64,000 nucleotides of DNA from assembly GCA_036383255.1 (NCBI GenBank), contig DASVOS010000018.1, forward strand, positions 93,432 through 157,431, in the 5' to 3' direction. Positions 61,459 to 64,000 of this stretch are shown here, piece after piece. A program made the translations under genes and the position numbers. Position 1 is the stretch's first letter; each line of letters starts with the position of its first letter. Origin of the DNA: Gammaproteobacteria bacterium. Its GTDB lineage: Bacteria > Pseudomonadota > Gammaproteobacteria > Natronospirales > REEB76. Under the pieces are notes generated by a model. It did no database searches, was not told where the DNA came from, and was given only the letters and a program-made list of their open reading frames with translations.

Positions 61459-61911
61459 ATGGCTCCCAAGAAACCCGCTTCCCTGTCGGGCCTCCTCACC
61501 GCGCCGGGGGCTCATCTGCAGGCCCTCACCGCGGAAGCGCAGAAGCTCGAAGCCCTGCGCCAGTGCGTCCTGCGGGTCTTGAGCCCGGAAGCCGCACCTC
61601 ACTGCCTGGGCGCCGACCTCAAGGACGGCGTCCTGACCTTGTTCCTCGACAGCGGTGCCTGGACCACCGCCCTGCGCTACCAGCACCAGCCGCTGCTGGC
61701 GGTGGTGCAGGCGGAAGCGAGGCAGCCCTGCCACACGCTGCGCCTCAAAGTACTGCCTGATCCCAAGCCCGGCGTGCCACCGAAGCCCGCACCGCGCAGC
61801 CTCTCCGCCGAGACCCGGCAGCTGCTCGAGAGCACCGCCGGCGGCGTGGACGACCCGGCCCTCGCCGGATCGCTGAAACGTCTTGCCCGCGGCCACAAGC
61901 CGCGTCCTTAA
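61459..61911 (+). CDS. DUF721 / DciA-family protein
   Basis: 150 aa from ATG 61459. The block GVLTLFLDSGAWTTALRYQHQPLL resembles DUF721. The position between secA and lpxC is as I recall it in pseudomonads. Confidence 0.5.
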   Translation: MAPKKPASLSGLLTAPGAHLQALTAEAQKLEALRQCVLRVLSPEAAPHCLGADLKDGVLTLFLDSGAWTTALRYQHQPLLAVVQAEARQPCHTLRLKVLPDPKPGVPPKPAPRSLSAETRQLLESTAGGVDDPALAGSLKRLARGHKPRP

Positions 61912-61947
61912 AAACCGAAGGCCTAGAACGGTATTTTTCTTAAGAAG

Positions 61948-62859
61948 TCAGAACGCGTGCGCCGGCGCCAGATAGGAGATGGGCGCCGTCGCCGGATCGT
62001 CGTAGGTCACCTCTTCCCAGGTCGCCGGCTGCGCCAGGAGCGCGCGCAGCAGCGCGTTGTTGAGGCCGTGGCCCGACTTGTAGGCGCTGAACGCGCCGAT
62101 CAGGCTGTGGCCGAGCAGGTACAGGTCGCCGATGGAATCGAGAATCTTGTGCTTGACGAACTCGTCCTCGTAGCGCAATCCGTCCTCGTTGAGGATGCGG
62201 TAGTCGTCCAGCGCGATCGCGTTGTCCAGCGAGGCGCCGAGCGTCAGGTGCTTCTGGCGCAGCATCTCGATGTCGCGCATGAAACCGAAGGTGCGCGCGC
62301 GGCTCACTTCCTTCACGAAGGAGGTGGCGGAGAAGTCCACCGTAGCGGTCTGGGTGTGCTTCTTGAAGACGGGGTGGTCGAAGTCGATCTCGAAGGTGAT
62401 CTTGAACCCGTCGAAGGGCTCGAAGCGCGCCCACTTGTCGCCGTCGCGGACCTCCACGGGGCTCTTGATGCGGATGAAGCGCTTGTGCGCGTTCTGCTCC
62501 TCGATACCCGCCGACTGCAGCAGGAACACGAAGGGGCCGGCGCTGCCGTCCATGATCGGCACCTCGGGCGCCGACAGGTCCACGTAGGCGTTGTCGATGC
62601 CGAGGCCGGCGAACGCGGACAGGAGATGCTCGATGGTGGCGACGCGCACGTCGCCGTTCATGATGGTGGTGCCGAGCATGGTCTCGCCGACGTTGAGCGC
62701 CTGGGCGCGCACCTCGGTGGGCTGCTCGAGATCGACGCGGCGGAAGATGATGCCGGTGTTGGGCACCGCCGGACGCAGGGTCATGTAGACCTTCTCGCCC
62801 GTATGCAGGCCGACGCCGGTGGCGCGGATGCTGTTCTTGAGCGTCCGTTGTTTGAGCAT
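61948..62859 (-). CDS. lpxC: UDP-3-O-acyl-N-acetylglucosamine deacetylase
   Basis: 303 aa from [21 protein letters not shown], with HLLSA and FVKHKILD motifs. Confidence 0.95.
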   Translation of the reverse strand: MLKQRTLKNSIRATGVGLHTGEKVYMTLRPAVPNTGIIFRRVDLEQPTEVRAQALNVGETMLGTTIMNGDVRVATIEHLLSAFAGLGIDNAYVDLSAPEVPIMDGSAGPFVFLLQSAGIEEQNAHKRFIRIKSPVEVRDGDKWARFEPFDGFKITFEIDFDHPVFKKHTQTATVDFSATSFVKEVSRARTFGFMRDIEMLRQKHLTLGASLDNAIALDDYRILNEDGLRYEDEFVKHKILDSIGDLYLLGHSLIGAFSAYKSGHGLNNALLRALLAQPATWEEVTYDDPATAPISYLAPAHAF

Positions 62860-62962
62860 GGGTTCCCGGCCTGCGTGAAGAGGTCCGCAGGTCCCTGCGG
62901 CCAAAGGCTTTTTCAGCCAAAGGCCGCCCCTGCGGCGACTGGCTAAATTATAACACCCCCCT

Positions 62963-62985
62963 GCGCCCGAACAAGGTTCGGGCGC
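62963..62985 (-). terminator. Hairpin downstream of ftsZ (no U-run), followed by a possible lpxC -10 element
   Basis: GCGCCCGAA/TTCGGGCGC stem. On the minus strand it is followed by GGTGTTATAAT (TATAAT complement at 62947-62953). Confidence 0.4.
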
Positions 62986-63010
62986 CGACCTGATGCCTGT
63001 CCCACGCCGC

Positions 63011-64000
63011 TCAGTCCGCCTGGCGCCGCAGGAACGCCGGGATGTCCAGATAGTCCTGGTCCGACAGGTCCGGGCCCTCGTCGCGCTGGCGCCGCTCGTA
63101 GGTCGGGCGCTCCAGGCGCTTCCAGTCCGGGTGTCCGCCGTCCGTGCCGGTGGCCTTCACCACCTGGATCATGGGGGCTTGCTGCACTTCGGGCTGCGGA
63201 GGCTGCACCGCCTGGGGCGGCTGGGGCGCCGCGGCCTTCGGCCGCTGCACCGGCTGCAGGGTCTGGGCCGCACGGCCGAGACCCGTGGCCACCACCGTGA
63301 CCCGCACCTCGCCGCTCATGGAGGGATCGAGCACCGTGCCCACCACCACCGTGGCGTTGTCGTCGGCGAAGGACTCCACCGCCGCGCCCACTTCCTCGAG
63401 CTCGCCGATGGTGAGGTCCATGCCGGCGGTGATGTTCACCAGCACGCCCTTGGCGCCGGCGAAGTTCACGTCCTCCAGCAAGGGGCTCGAGAGCGCCGCC
63501 TCGGCCGCGCGCCGCGCGCGGTTCTCGCCCACCGCCACGCCGGTGCCCATCATCGCCATGCCCATCTCCGACATGACCGTGCGCACGTCGGCGAAGTCCA
63601 CGTTGATGAGGCCGGGACGGGTGATGATGTCTGCGATGCCCTGCACCGCGCCCAGCAGCACCTCGTTGGCGGACTGGAAGGCGTTGAGCAGGGTGATCTC
63701 GCGGCCCAGCACCGAGGCCAGCTTGTCGTTCGGGATCACGATCAGCGAGTCCACGTACTGGCTGAGCTCGGCGATGCCCTTCTCCGCCGCCAGCATGCGC
63801 TTGTTGCGCTCGAAGCCGAAAGGCTTGGTGACCACCGCCACCACCAGGATGTCCAGTTCCTTGGCCACCTGCGCCACCACCGGCGAGGCGCCGGTGCCGG
63901 TGCCGCCGCCCATGCCGGCGGTGATGAACACCATGTCGGCGCCCTTCAGCACCTCCTCGATGCGGTCGCGATCCTCGAGCGCCGCCTGGCGGCCCACGTC
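63011..64000 (-). CDS. ftsZ: Cell division GTPase FtsZ (C-terminal ~330 aa; the 5' end lies beyond the window)
   Basis: [10 protein letters not shown] tubulin signature, NVDFADV, a P/Q-rich linker and the terminal [11 protein letters not shown] peptide. Confidence 0.95.
   Translation of the reverse strand, partial: DVGRQAALEDRDRIEEVLKGADMVFITAGMGGGTGTGASPVVAQVAKELDILVVAVVTKPFGFERNKRMLAAEKGIAELSQYVDSLIVIPNDKLASVLGREITLLNAFQSANEVLLGAVQGIADIITRPGLINVDFADVRTVMSEMGMAMMGTGVAVGENRARRAAEAALSSPLLEDVNFAGAKGVLVNITAGMDLTIGELEEVGAAVESFADDNATVVVGTVLDPSMSGEVRVTVVATGLGRAAQTLQPVQRPKAAAPQPPQAVQPPQPEVQQAPMIQVVKATGTDGGHPDWKRLERPTYERRQRDEGPDLSDQDYLDIPAFLRRQAD

Overview
This is a high-GC chromosomal segment with gammaproteobacterial core synteny: nudB-aspS, bamD/rluD/pgeF, sucCD, pilSR-pilA, pilBCD-coaE-zapD-yacG, secA-mutT and lpxC-ftsZ. 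I saw no rRNA, tRNA, CRISPR array, transposase or integrase. All calls rest on reading the supplied translations for family motifs and reading the DNA for start/stop junctions and hairpins; no database search was possible. Three regions stand out. (1) A pilin-linked glycosylation island at about 42.4-50.7 kb lies between pilA and pilBCD. It holds two tandem paralogous TMTC-like GT-C/TPR membrane proteins, a GtrB/ArnC-like GT2 and a GT4, plus a convergent Wzx-GT9 pair. (2) A seven-gene arginine operon at 11.4-19.1 kb has no intergenic gaps. It uses an N-acetylornithine carbamoyltransferase-type enzyme and embeds an uncharacterised DTBS/DUF1611-like P-loop protein, translationally coupled on both sides, while argA, argJ and argE are absent from the window. 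(3) Several non-coding structures are unexplained: four consecutive perfect hairpins between rluD and bamD, a 221-bp element bounded by a perfect 17-bp inverted repeat next to argC, and a multi-branch structure in the secA-mutT spacer. The very long antisense ORFs in the six-frame track are treated as high-GC shadow frames.
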